The notes below the pieces were generated by a model. It was not told where the DNA came from, made no database searches, and saw nothing but the letters and a program-made list of their open reading frames with translations. Shown piece after piece: positions 39,974-49,553 of a DNA stretch of 64,000 bases. The position numbers and the translations under genes were made by a program. The stretch spans positions 142,711-206,710 of the forward strand of contig JBFWRP010000004.1 of the NCBI GenBank assembly GCA_050248855.1, read 5' to 3'. Positions within the stretch are counted from its first letter, which is position 1. Each line of letters begins with the position of its first letter. The DNA is from Planctomycetota bacterium. Lineage in GTDB: Bacteria > Planctomycetota > PLA2 > JAEUHO01.

Positions 39974-42779
39974 CGGTCGTGCTCCCGCCGGCGTCGAAGG
40001 CGCCCTCGCGATGGAGATCGTAGATGACCACCACCTCGGCCGCCTTGTCGGCCGCAGGGTACTTGCGGCGCGCCGCGGCCACGGCGACGTCGCGCGCGTT
40101 GTCGTCGGTCTTGTACGTGGCGTGCAGCGCGCGATGGCGCGCCGCGGCCTCGGACTCACCCAGCTCCTCGTGGACGAGGGCCAGGTTCCAGTGGGCGTCC
40201 ACGCTCTCGCTGTCGAGCAGGAGCGCGCGCTGCAACCAGGACAGCGCTTGCCGCAGGATCACCTCACGCTCCGCGGTCCGCTCGGCACCCCGTTCCTGCT
40301 TGGCGCGTTCGAAGAGCGTCTGGCCGAGCTCCGTCAGCACGCGGTGGTCGCCCGAGAAGTCGAAGCCGCGCCTGCGCGTCTCCTCGGTGTCCATCGTGGC
40401 CACGGCGAGCAGGCCCTCGAGGGCGTCATCCAGGAACCCGCTCTGCTTGCTGACCAGCGCGCCGAACCACGCCACGGACCACGGGGGGGCGGGCGGATCG
40501 TGCTGCGCGGCGCGCTCGAGCGCGGCCGCCGCCTCCTCCAAGCGGCCCTCCTGCAAGTAGACGCGCGCCAGGTTGAGCGGGCCGTCCGGCCGCTTCAGCG
40601 CCTCGACCTCGGCGAACGCCTCCTCGGCTTGGCGGGCTTGGCCCCTGTGCGAATCGCCGCCCTTCACGAGGAGGCCGATGCCGTAGTCGTTCCAGCGCTG
40701 CCAGAGCGGGAAGTCCGGCGCCGGCTGCTCGGGCGCAGGCGATCCGCCGCGGACAGGGAAGACGACGCGGTCGGTGGCCAGTGTCGTGATCACGAGGTCG
40801 TTGCGCTCGAACGCCTCGCCTTGCACATGCCGCAGGATCCGGGCGTCGAACTTGCGGTACTGGAGCGCCACGTCCACCGTCAGCGGCCCCTTCACGTCCT
40901 CGGGGACGACCAACCGGTAGTGCACGACCTGGCCGGCGCCCGGCGGGATCTGGTTGTTGTACAGCGGGACGAAGATGTCCTCGGGGTTGCGGCGGTCGAT
41001 GCGGTTGCCCTCGCGGTCGATCACGAACGCGTTGACGAAGTGGCTCCAGGGATCGACCTCGCCGTCTTCGGCGCGCCGCCCCCCGCTGCGACCCACGACG
41101 CGGTCGCCGTCGCGCACCGTGACGTCGAGCCAGACCTCGTTGCTGTCGGCCGTGCCCTGCGTGAAGAGGTGGCCCATCGTGACGGTCCGGATGACGGTCT
41201 CGAGCAGGTAGGCCTTGCCGGGATCGAGCGTGGGCACGGTGGGCTTGAGCGGGGCCGTGAGCGTGCCGTCGATGGTGCCGCCCTCCCGCACGCCGAAGAG
41301 GTCCACACGCATCACGCCTTCGAGAAACGCCTGGTGCTTCCTGATGACCCAGGGCGGCAAGTCGAGCAGGTCCGGCACGCCCGTGTTGGCCGCGGGGAAC
41401 TGGTGGTCGTGGCCGGTGATGCGCCCGCTGCCGTCGAAATCGCGGCTGCCCGCGTCGGCCGAGGGGCGCAGCGGCATGTGACAGTCGTTGCAGCTCACCG
41501 TGGCCTTGGGCGGGTAGTAGAAGCTCGTGATCCCCTTGCCGCTGACCCCGCTCAGGATGAAGGGGTCGTAGTGGTTCTGGCCGCGCAGCCACTTGTAGTC
41601 GTTGAGCTCGGGCGGCAAGTGCACCTTGTGGCACGTCGAGCAGAACTCGGCCGTCTTGTGCAGCGGCTTCAGGAAGGTCTTCTTGTGGAAGGCCGGCTTG
41701 GCGAAGATCATTTGTCGGTTGAGCCACTGGAGCACCGCGTTCTCGCTGTAGGCGAACGGGTAGTGGGGCGATTCCTCGATCGTGAAGTCGGCATTGCCCT
41801 TGGTGCTGTTGACGTACGTGATGGCGTGGCAGACCGTACAGGTGATGCCGGCCTGGGCCAGGGGGTCGGAGGCCAGGTCGTAGTCCGGGTCGTCGAAGCG
41901 CGGGTCGTCGAAGGCGCCGCTGAAGAAGGGCACGGGGTCGTGACAGCCCGCGCACCAGCGGCTGCCGGAGACGTCGCCGTGTCGCTCCATCATGGCCTTG
42001 CGCGTGTTCTTGACGCTCATCAGGTACACCGGGTTGTTGAAGCTGCTGAAGCGGTGGACGCTGTGGCTCCACTCGCGGTGCACGTCTTCGTGGCACTTCA
42101 GGCAGTAGCGGTCGTTGAGCATGGCCTCGGCGGGGATGAAGTTGCCGGTGTCGGTACGAGCGAGGGACGGGAAGAAGTACTGCTCGCCGCTGGCCGGTCC
42201 CTTCAGGCCGAACACACGCGGGCTCTGGGCGTGCAGCCCCACCATGGCGCCGCCGAACAGCACGGCGACCGCCGCCCACCGCGCGCCGAGGTTCCAGCGG
42301 ATGCGCTTGCCCGCCAGGCGATGCAGGACATACAGCCACGCCACCACGAACGGCGCGGCGACATGGACCCAGTAGACGAGGGCGCGGCGCTCGGCTCCCA
42401 CGAGGTCCTTCCCGTCAGGCCGCAACAGCAGGAAGCCGGACCCCAGCAGCACGAGCGAGGCCGCAAACAGCGCGTAGCCGACGCGCACGGCCCTTCGATT
42501 GGGCCGACTCCGCGCGTTGATCCCGTGGAGGACACCGAAGACGACCGTGAGCAAGGTCAGCACCGCGCCCAAGCCGACGTGAGCCAACACCATGAGGAAG
42601 TAGAAGTGGGTCTGGTAGAGGTTGCCGGTCGCCCACTCCAGGAACGTGACGCCTCCCAGGTACACGGAGTTGACCGACAGCAGGGCGAACAGCCCCAGCA
42701 CGACCACGAGGACCTTCTTCAGCCGCGGTCCGACCGCGGGGACGTAGCGGCGACGGGCGGGGGTCGGCTCGGAGGACAT
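39963..42779 (-). CDS. Membrane multiheme cytochrome c: His-bearing TM domain, 5 CxxCH motifs, C-terminal TPR
   Basis: CLKCH, CAGCH, CTVCH, CSTCH, CNDCH; about 5 N-terminal TMs; TPR tail. Confidence 0.9.
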
Positions 42780-45700
42780 CAGCGGCTGCCGGGCACGACC
42801 CGTGTGTCCCATTCCGTCGCCATCTCCCGGCGCAGCGCTGCATCCGGATGGGGCGCCGGCGGGGGGTACGACGTCATGGCGCCGTAGGGCACGGGCTCGA
42901 CCGTCTCCGGCTCGGCGCCGTACGCATCCATGTCCTTGCAGTAGCCGTGGCTCCGGAGCACGTACGTGCGCACGTGGCCCTCGGGCACGGGTGGCAGGGT
43001 CGTGGCCTCGAAGGCCAGCTCCACCTCGTCGCCCACGGCCATCGTCACGAAGCGGTCGTCGACGCCATCGAGCAGGGGCTTCACGTCGCCGAAGCGCGTG
43101 TAGGCGCCGGCCATCGTGCGGAAGGGGACGCCGGCTTCGATCTGCCCGAGGTCCCAGCCCATCGGCAGGCGCCCATCGGGGCTCGTCTCCTTGGGCACGC
43201 CGACACGGCGCAGCACCGCCGATCCGAGCGGCGCAACGTGCCGCCCCGTCGGCGCGGACGTCGGCGCCACGGCCAGGAACACCTGGTCGTAGAAGATCTC
43301 CATCGTGGTGCGCAGGCGGAAGCGGCCCTGCCGTACCTCGGGCACGTCGGTCAGGTCGTAGGTGCTGGGGCGCGGCAGGCCGGCGGGGAAGCCGATGTCG
43401 GCCACGGCGACCCTCCATTCCCCCTGGCCGTCGGGTACTTCCAGGGCAGGCGGCGACAACGCGAGCCCGGCCTGCTCGGCCGCGTACGCCACGTGGCTGT
43501 ACGTGTAGTCGATCCACCCGTAGGTGCAGAGCACGAGGGACGTTCCTGCGGGGAGCTCGCCAAGGGCGTCGCCGAAGTCCAGCTCCAGCGCGTGGTCCTT
43601 GGCGTAGCCGGCAAAGCGCCGCTCGCGCGGCACCTCGGGCCACTGGCGATCGACGTGGCTCACGTGCGCCAAGACGTCGCGGCCCTGGTCGTCGCGCGCG
43701 GCCTTCGGAGCCACGCGCTCCCCCACCACCCATGGCTTGGCCGTAGCCGCGACGACGCCGCCGAAGCGCTCGTCCAGCCAGATCTCGGTCCCGGCGGGAT
43801 GGTCGTAGGCAACGAGCTGGAGCTGGTCCAGCCACGTGACCTCCTCCAGCGGCTCCAGCACGCGCAGCTTCAGCAAGCCGCCGTCCTCGACGAGCGCACC
43901 CGGCGGGATCCACACGTCTTCCGTGGGATCGGCGGGCGCATACACGCCGGGCTCCAGCAGGAACCCGACGCCGCCCGTGCCAAGAAAGTCGGTCACGTAG
44001 CGCCACGACGTGCCGTCCCACGTGAAGAGCACGGGACACGACGAGGGTTTGCGCTTGACCTTCTTCACGCGCCAGACCTGGTCTGCCGGCACCTCCATCT
44101 CGCTCTGCAGCACGCCATCGGGCCAGCGAAAGCGCACGTAGTCCGCTCGCGCGGCACCGCCCAGACCCAGATGCACACGGGGCAGGGGACTGGCCATCCA
44201 GCCGCTCGGCGCTCCCACGATGCGCCGCTGCACGTAGGGGCCCGTCTGCACGTCGAGCGACACGCCGAGGCCGGTGGGGTCGAAGGGCCGCCCCTCGTCG
44301 TCGACGCCGCCCGTCGCCCCTTCGGCACCGCTCGGGACCACCGTCAGCCAGTGGGCGCCAGGCGGGCGCAGCGGGCGTCGGATCGCGTGTTCGCCCGTCG
44401 TCCGTGTCATCACGAGCTCGATCCCGCCTTCGCCATCGAGGTCGACCGCGCAGAGAGCGCGCGGGGAGCGATCCGCCTTCGTGTCGTCCTCGGGGCCCAG
44501 GCGACGCGCCAGCGGCTGACCGCGGCGAACGGCGAACGGGCCCCCGCCCTGCTCCGTGCCCGCCAGCAGCACGTCCTCGTGCCCATCGAGGTCGAGATCA
44601 GCGAAGCAGCCGGTCACGCAGGCGCCGAGCGGGCGTACGGCGGCGTCGAACGCCTCGTCTGCGATGTCGGGGTGCGCGGCGAGCAAGAGGCGCGGCGGCC
44701 CGTCGCGTCGCAGCACGAGCAGGTCCATGCGCGCGTCGCCGTCGAAGTCGCCGACGGCCAGTGCCTGCGCGCCCGCCGTCGCCGCGAGCACGGGCGCCAG
44801 CGTCGCGTCCTTCGTCCAGCCGTCCATGCGGTCGTTGCGCATCACGTGCGGCGGGCCGTCGGCACGGAAGATGACGAGATCCAGGTCGGCGTCCTCGTCC
44901 AAGTCCACGAACGCGGCGCCCACGCTGGCCCCACCGAGCGTCGCGAGGCCCAGCTCGGACGCAACGTCCTCGTACGTGCCCTCGCCGAGGTTGCGAAGCA
45001 TCTGGTCGGAGCCGCCGGGAACGACCACGAACAGGTCGAGGTCGCCGTCGTGGTCGGCGTCGGCGAAGACGGCGTGCGTGCCGCCGCGGCCCGCGAGCCC
45101 CGCCTCGGCCGTCGCATCCGTGAACACGCCGCCGCCGACGTTTCGCCAAAACCGATGCTTCTCGCTGGAGGTAGCGAACAGATCGATGTTCCCATCTCCG
45201 TCGGGATCGGCGGCGAAGACGCCCGTTGCGGACCGGAGGTCCGGCCCGTGCTCCGCAGGCGCGAACGAGCCGTCGTCGCGGCGCAGCCGGAGGCCCACAC
45301 GCCTCGGCGAGGCGAACGCAAGGTCGAGCCGGCCGTCGCCATTGGCGTCCAGCACGGCGAGGCCGGGACCTGCGGTTCCGCCCGCCCAGGGTGCCGTGGT
45401 CGCGGGCGTGGCGGTTCCGTCCCCGTCCCCCTGGTGGAAGGCCGTGTCGAAGCGATACGCCGGTAGCGGCACGTCGTCGGCGAGTGGTCGCGGACGCGCC
45501 GGCCGCAGCGCGTCCGCGAGCGCGCCCATCTCACCGTAGTTGAGGCTGTTTTTGGTTCCGGCGCCGCTTCGCTGCAGCGCGCGGAAGCGCTCCAGCTGGC
45601 GCGCGGCGGCTTCGTCCTCGCCCGCTTCGCGCAGCAGCTGGAACAGGCGGTACGTCGCCCCTTGGTGATGCGGTCGACTGCGCAGCGCGGCTTCGAACAG

Positions 45701-46207
45701 CAAGCGCGCTTCGGTGGGCGCCTTCTCTTCCAAGAGCGCCCCCAGCTGGAAGGCCACGTCGGGCTCGCCTGGCGCCAGCTCCTGCGCCCGACGCAACAGC
45801 CGCTCGGCGTCGTCCAGGCGACCGAGGTGGCCCATCAACATGGCCAGGGCGTACGGCCCGTGCGCATCGTCCGGGGCCTCGCGCATCACGCGCTCCAGCT
45901 CCTGCTGCGCGTTCGGATGGTGCTCGGGCAGGCCGCTGTTGAGGTAGGCGAGCCCCAGGTTGTAGCGCGCCGCCGTCCACGCGGGCGCCGCGGCCAGCAC
46001 CTTCTCGAACACGGGAATCGCGTCGATCGGCCGGTACTGCTCGAGCAGCGCCAAGCCCCGGCTGTGCTCCGCGAACACGGCCTCCGTGACCGTGGTGGGG
46101 ATCCCCGCGACGCCGCCCGGGGCGGGCGGCGGCGCCTCGTCGTCACCGCAGGCCGCGAGCACGAAGAGAGCAACGAGCACCAGCGAACGCGAGCGCACGG
46201 AGATCAC
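42779..46207 (-). CDS. Lipoprotein: TPR + FG-GAP repeats + ASPIC/UnbV + uncharacterised C-terminal domain
   Basis: Lipobox LAAC; TPRs; DANGDGRLD, DADHDGDLD, DFDGDARMD; HLGLG..RWPDG; SSCPVLFTWDG. Confidence 0.88.
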   Translation of the reverse strand: MISVRSRSLVLVALFVLAACGDDEAPPPAPGGVAGIPTTVTEAVFAEHSRGLALLEQYRPIDAIPVFEKVLAAAPAWTAARYNLGLAYLNSGLPEHHPNAQQELERVMREAPDDAHGPYALAMLMGHLGRLDDAERLLRRAQELAPGEPDVAFQLGALLEEKAPTEARLLFEAALRSRPHHQGATYRLFQLLREAGEDEAAARQLERFRALQRSGAGTKNSLNYGEMGALADALRPARPRPLADDVPLPAYRFDTAFHQGDGDGTATPATTAPWAGGTAGPGLAVLDANGDGRLDLAFASPRRVGLRLRRDDGSFAPAEHGPDLRSATGVFAADPDGDGNIDLFATSSEKHRFWRNVGGGVFTDATAEAGLAGRGGTHAVFADADHDGDLDLFVVVPGGSDQMLRNLGEGTYEDVASELGLATLGGASVGAAFVDLDEDADLDLVIFRADGPPHVMRNDRMDGWTKDATLAPVLAATAGAQALAVGDFDGDARMDLLVLRRDGPPRLLLAAHPDIADEAFDAAVRPLGACVTGCFADLDLDGHEDVLLAGTEQGGGPFAVRRGQPLARRLGPEDDTKADRSPRALCAVDLDGEGGIELVMTRTTGEHAIRRPLRPPGAHWLTVVPSGAEGATGGVDDEGRPFDPTGLGVSLDVQTGPYVQRRIVGAPSGWMASPLPRVHLGLGGAARADYVRFRWPDGVLQSEMEVPADQVWRVKKVKRKPSSCPVLFTWDGTSWRYVTDFLGTGGVGFLLEPGVYAPADPTEDVWIPPGALVEDGGLLKLRVLEPLEEVTWLDQLQLVAYDHPAGTEIWLDERFGGVVAATAKPWVVGERVAPKAARDDQGRDVLAHVSHVDRQWPEVPRERRFAGYAKDHALELDFGDALGELPAGTSLVLCTYGWIDYTYSHVAYAAEQAGLALSPPALEVPDGQGEWRVAVADIGFPAGLPRPSTYDLTDVPEVRQGRFRLRTTMEIFYDQVFLAVAPTSAPTGRHVAPLGSAVLRRVGVPKETSPDGRLPMGWDLGQIEAGVPFRTMAGAYTRFGDVKPLLDGVDDRFVTMAVGDEVELAFEATTLPPVPEGHVRTYVLRSHGYCKDMDAYGAEPETVEPVPYGAMTSYPPPAPHPDAALRREMATEWDTRVVPGSR

Positions 46208-47214
46208 GACCCGCGCGCGAAGCGCGCCTTCGCGTTGCGGATCGCCTTCTGGTTGCCCTCGACGGTCAGGGCCGCCTCGCCATCGGCCAGCGGCGAGCGG
46301 TAGCCGGCCTTGCGGTACACGGGGTACGCCTCGCTGCGCAGGTGCGCAAGCATGTGGTGGCCCAGCCGCGCCTCGCGCTCGTGGCGCAGCGCGCTGATGT
46401 CCACGGGCCCCACCACGATCTTCTCGCCGGGCCCCGGATCGGCCTGCGCCACGAGGCGCCCGTCGAAGTCCACGATCATGCTGCCGCCCGGCCAGCTGAA
46501 CGGCGGGTAGTTGGCGAGGCTCGCGCCCTGGTTGGCGGCCACGACGAAGGCCATGTTCTCGAGCGCCCGGCAGCGGTTGACCGTGGTCCACCAGTCCATG
46601 GGCGCCGTGGCCCCCCACGGGTCCATGTAGGCGCTGATGCGGATCAAGACTTCGGCGCCGTCGGCGGCCATCTGCCGCGTGACCTCGGGGAAGAGCCAGT
46701 CGTAGCAGGTGGCCACCGAAAGCTTGCCGATCGGCGTGTCCACCACGGGGAAGAGCGGCTCGTCGTAGCCGGGGAGGTCGTGCGGGCTCGTGTGGACCTC
46801 CCACGGGATCCACGGGTTGACCTTGCGGTACTTCGAGAGGATGCCGTCGGGGCCGATCAAGCACGTCGTGTTGAAGACGTGCCCTGGATAGCGCGCGTCC
46901 TCCTCCAGGAAGGAGCCTGTCTGGATCCAGACGCCGTACTCCTTGGCCAGCGCCACGTACCGCTGGGTGTGGTCGTTGGGGATGCGCACCGTCAGGTGCT
47001 CGAGCAGCCCCTTCACCGTCGGGTACGCGGGCGCCGCATGCCCGAACTCGGGGAAGACCAGCAGCTTGACCGGGAGGAAGGCCGAGTAGCCCTCCACCGC
47101 CATGCGCACCATCTCCACCATGCGGTCGGTGCGCGCGCCGATGTCGGCGCGTGTCCGCGGGTTGGGCAGGTCGATCGAGCAGGCCGCGGCGGCGTAGCGG
47201 ACGATGTCGGGCAT
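46204..47214 (-). CDS. Nitrilase-superfamily carbon-nitrogen hydrolase
   Basis: Catalytic triad motifs VFPE, KYRK, TCYD; RALEN, GGSMIVD. Confidence 0.92.
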   Translation of the reverse strand: MPDIVRYAAAACSIDLPNPRTRADIGARTDRMVEMVRMAVEGYSAFLPVKLLVFPEFGHAAPAYPTVKGLLEHLTVRIPNDHTQRYVALAKEYGVWIQTGSFLEEDARYPGHVFNTTCLIGPDGILSKYRKVNPWIPWEVHTSPHDLPGYDEPLFPVVDTPIGKLSVATCYDWLFPEVTRQMAADGAEVLIRISAYMDPWGATAPMDWWTTVNRCRALENMAFVVAANQGASLANYPPFSWPGGSMIVDFDGRLVAQADPGPGEKIVVGPVDISALRHEREARLGHHMLAHLRSEAYPVYRKAGYRSPLADGEAALTVEGNQKAIRNAKARFARGS

Positions 47215-47235
47215 GGTTCCTCGGGGGGCCAGAGG

Positions 47236-47379
47236 CTACGAGGGGACGACGCCGGAACGGACGGGCACGCCCGCGCCTTCCTGGGACGGCAGCTCGCGGT
47301 AGAGCTGGAACAGGGCGAACAGCGCGAGCCCGGCGAGCGCGGCGATCACGAAGACGGCGATCCAGGTGCGGCGGTACAC
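47236..47379 (-). CDS. Small (47 aa) membrane protein
   Basis: MYRRTWIAVFVIAALAGLALFALFQLY...; TAACCT lies 7 nt before the GTG. Confidence 0.55.
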   Translation of the reverse strand: MYRRTWIAVFVIAALAGLALFALFQLYRELPSQEGAGVPVRSGVVPS

Positions 47380-47389
47380 GCGCCCGAGG

Positions 47390-47971
47390 TTACGGCCCGA
47401 CCGCGCGCGATGGGAGCACCAGCCGTTCGTTCGCATCCAGCGCGTCCACCGCCGGCCCGGCGATGACCAGGGCGCCCTCATACAGCGCGATCAGGGCCCG
47501 GGCGGCCGCGACACCGGCCTCGTCGAGTGCAGCGTACGGCTCGTCGAGCAGCAGCACGCGAGGACGGACGGACAGCGCCCGGGCCAGCGCCACGCGCGCC
47601 CGCTCGCCGCCGGAGAGCGTCTTGGCGGGCGCGTCCACGAGCCACCCGCCACCGAGGGCGTCGAGGAACGCGCGGGCGTCGTCGGTCGGGCCGCGGGCCA
47701 CACGACGGGCGAACGCCAGGTTCTCCTCCACCGTGCCGCGGAAGAACCACGGCTGCTGGTGCACGAGCACGATCTCGCCCGGCGCGAGCTCGGTCACGAC
47801 GCGACCGCGCGTCGGACGCTCCAAGCGCGCCAGCAGGCGCAACAGCGTGGACTTGCCCGACCCGTTGGCGCCCTCGACTCCCAGGCGCGTGCCGGCACCG
47901 ATCCCCAGGCGCTCGACGCGCAGGACCGTGCGCCCACCGAAGTCCTTCTCGACGTGCTCGAGGCTGATCAT
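47390..47971 (-). CDS. tupC: Tungstate ABC transporter ATP-binding protein
   Basis: GANGSGKST, LSGGE, LLLDEP; follows tupB. Confidence 0.82.
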   Translation of the reverse strand: MISLEHVEKDFGGRTVLRVERLGIGAGTRLGVEGANGSGKSTLLRLLARLERPTRGRVVTELAPGEIVLVHQQPWFFRGTVEENLAFARRVARGPTDDARAFLDALGGGWLVDAPAKTLSGGERARVALARALSVRPRVLLLDEPYAALDEAGVAAARALIALYEGALVIAGPAVDALDANERLVLPSRAVGP

Positions 47972-48663
47972 CGGACGCGCTCCTTGCCCAGGCGCGAGGC
48001 GAACAGCGCGATGGCCACGGCCAACACCACCAAGATGATCCCGCACGCCAGCCCCGCGCCGAACTCGCCGCGCGAGAGCTCCAGCGTGATCGTGCTGCTG
48101 AGCGTGCGCGTGCGCAGACGGAGGTTGCCGCCCACGGCCAGCGTCACGCCCAGCTCGGAGAGGCCGCGCGCATAGGCCAAGAGGAACGCGGCGATCACCG
48201 ACTCGCGCACCTCGGCTACGCAGCGACCCAGCGCACGCAACGGACCGGCTCCGAGCGTCCGTGCCGTTTCGTACGCACGTACATCGAGTGACGCCGTGGA
48301 CGCTTGCACGAGCGTGGCAATCAAGGGGAAGGCCAACAGCGCCTGCCCCACCACGATGGCCGTGCGCGTGTAGAGCAGGTCCATCGAGCCGAGCAGCCCG
48401 CGCCGCGAGAGGAGACCGTAGAGCAAGAGCCCCACCACCACCGTGGGCACGAACGTGCCGACGCGCAGCAGGAACACCTGCGTCGGCGCGGTGCGCGGGC
48501 GCCGTTGCCCGAGCCAGGCTGCGTAGGGCACGGCCAGCACGAACGCGAGGGCCACGCCCAGCGTCGTGCACAGCAACGACGTCTCGATGGCCGACCACGT
48601 GTCGGCGTCGCCGCCGACCAGCTTGGCCCAGGCAATCCGGAAGCCGTCGGCGAAGAAGTCCAC
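47968..48663 (-). CDS. tupB: Tungstate ABC transporter permease
   Basis: PTVVVGL...LSRRGLLG...LLYT, SELG....GGN.R..TRTL. Confidence 0.88.
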   Translation of the reverse strand: MDFFADGFRIAWAKLVGGDADTWSAIETSLLCTTLGVALAFVLAVPYAAWLGQRRPRTAPTQVFLLRVGTFVPTVVVGLLLYGLLSRRGLLGSMDLLYTRTAIVVGQALLAFPLIATLVQASTASLDVRAYETARTLGAGPLRALGRCVAEVRESVIAAFLLAYARGLSELGVTLAVGGNLRLRTRTLSSTITLELSRGEFGAGLACGIILVVLAVAIALFASRLGKERVR

Positions 48664-48669
48664 GCAGGT

Positions 48670-49506
48670 CTAGCTGCCCGTCACGGGATGGAACAGGACC
48701 TCGCCCTCGACCTGGAACGCGCCGATGCGCCTCTGCCCCTCAAGGCCCGTCAGCCAGTCCGCCAGCCGCTTCGCCGCGGCCATGGACTTGGGGTCATGCC
48801 CGGCCGCGGGCAGCAGCAGGATGCCGTAGGGGTTGCGCAGCGACTCGTCGCCCTCGCGTACGACCTCGAGGTCGAGACGGTCCTTGAACGCCAGCCACGT
48901 CCCGCGATCGGCGAGGATGTACGCGCCCTTCTCGGACGCCACCGTCATCGACGGGCCCATCCCCTGCCCCGTCTCGAACCAGCGGTCCGACGGCTCGGCC
49001 ACCGCCAACCCAGCCTGCTTGCGCAACAGCTGTTCGCGGGCATGCGTGCCACTCTTGTCGCCGCGACTGACGAACGCGGCGCCCGAGGCTTCGATGCGCT
49101 GCAGCGCATCCCGGATGTCCTTGGCCTGTTTCACCTCGGCGGGATCGGCCGCCGGGCCGAGCAGCACGAAGTCGTTCCACATCACGTCGCGCCGCTCGGT
49201 GGCATGGCCATCCCGGACGAACGCATCCTCGCGCGCGCGGTCGTGCACGAGCACGAGGTCGGCATCGCCGCGCTTGCCGAGCTCCAGGGCCTGACCTGTG
49301 CCCACGGGGATCACCTGCACCTCGATGCCGGTCTGCGCCTGCCACGGCTCCAGCAGGAACTTCAAGAGCCCGCTGTTCTCCGTGCTGGTCGTCGTGGCCA
49401 AGCGCATCTTGACCGGCGCATCGGCCGGCTTGTCGCCGCAGGCCGCGACGAGGCCGGCGATCGCGAGGAGGGCGGTGGCGAGGAGGCTGCGTCGCGTGAT
49501 GTTCAT
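48670..49506 (-). CDS. tupA: Tungstate ABC transporter substrate-binding lipoprotein
   Basis: ATTTSTENSGLL (TupA TTTS motif), VGTGQAL, NDFV.LGP..DPA, FVSRGDKSGTH, GQGMG, DRGT. Confidence 0.93.
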   Translation of the reverse strand: MNITRRSLLATALLAIAGLVAACGDKPADAPVKMRLATTTSTENSGLLKFLLEPWQAQTGIEVQVIPVGTGQALELGKRGDADLVLVHDRAREDAFVRDGHATERRDVMWNDFVLLGPAADPAEVKQAKDIRDALQRIEASGAAFVSRGDKSGTHAREQLLRKQAGLAVAEPSDRWFETGQGMGPSMTVASEKGAYILADRGTWLAFKDRLDLEVVREGDESLRNPYGILLLPAAGHDPKSMAAAKRLADWLTGLEGQRRIGAFQVEGEVLFHPVTGS

Positions 49507-49553
49507 GGCGCGGATGGTGCCCCGGCCCGGGCCCCTTCGCCAGCCGGGCGCGA

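Noticed and set aside
49507..49553. Moco/Wco riboswitch before tupA
   Set aside because: Only about 47 bp are available and the gene appears leaderless.
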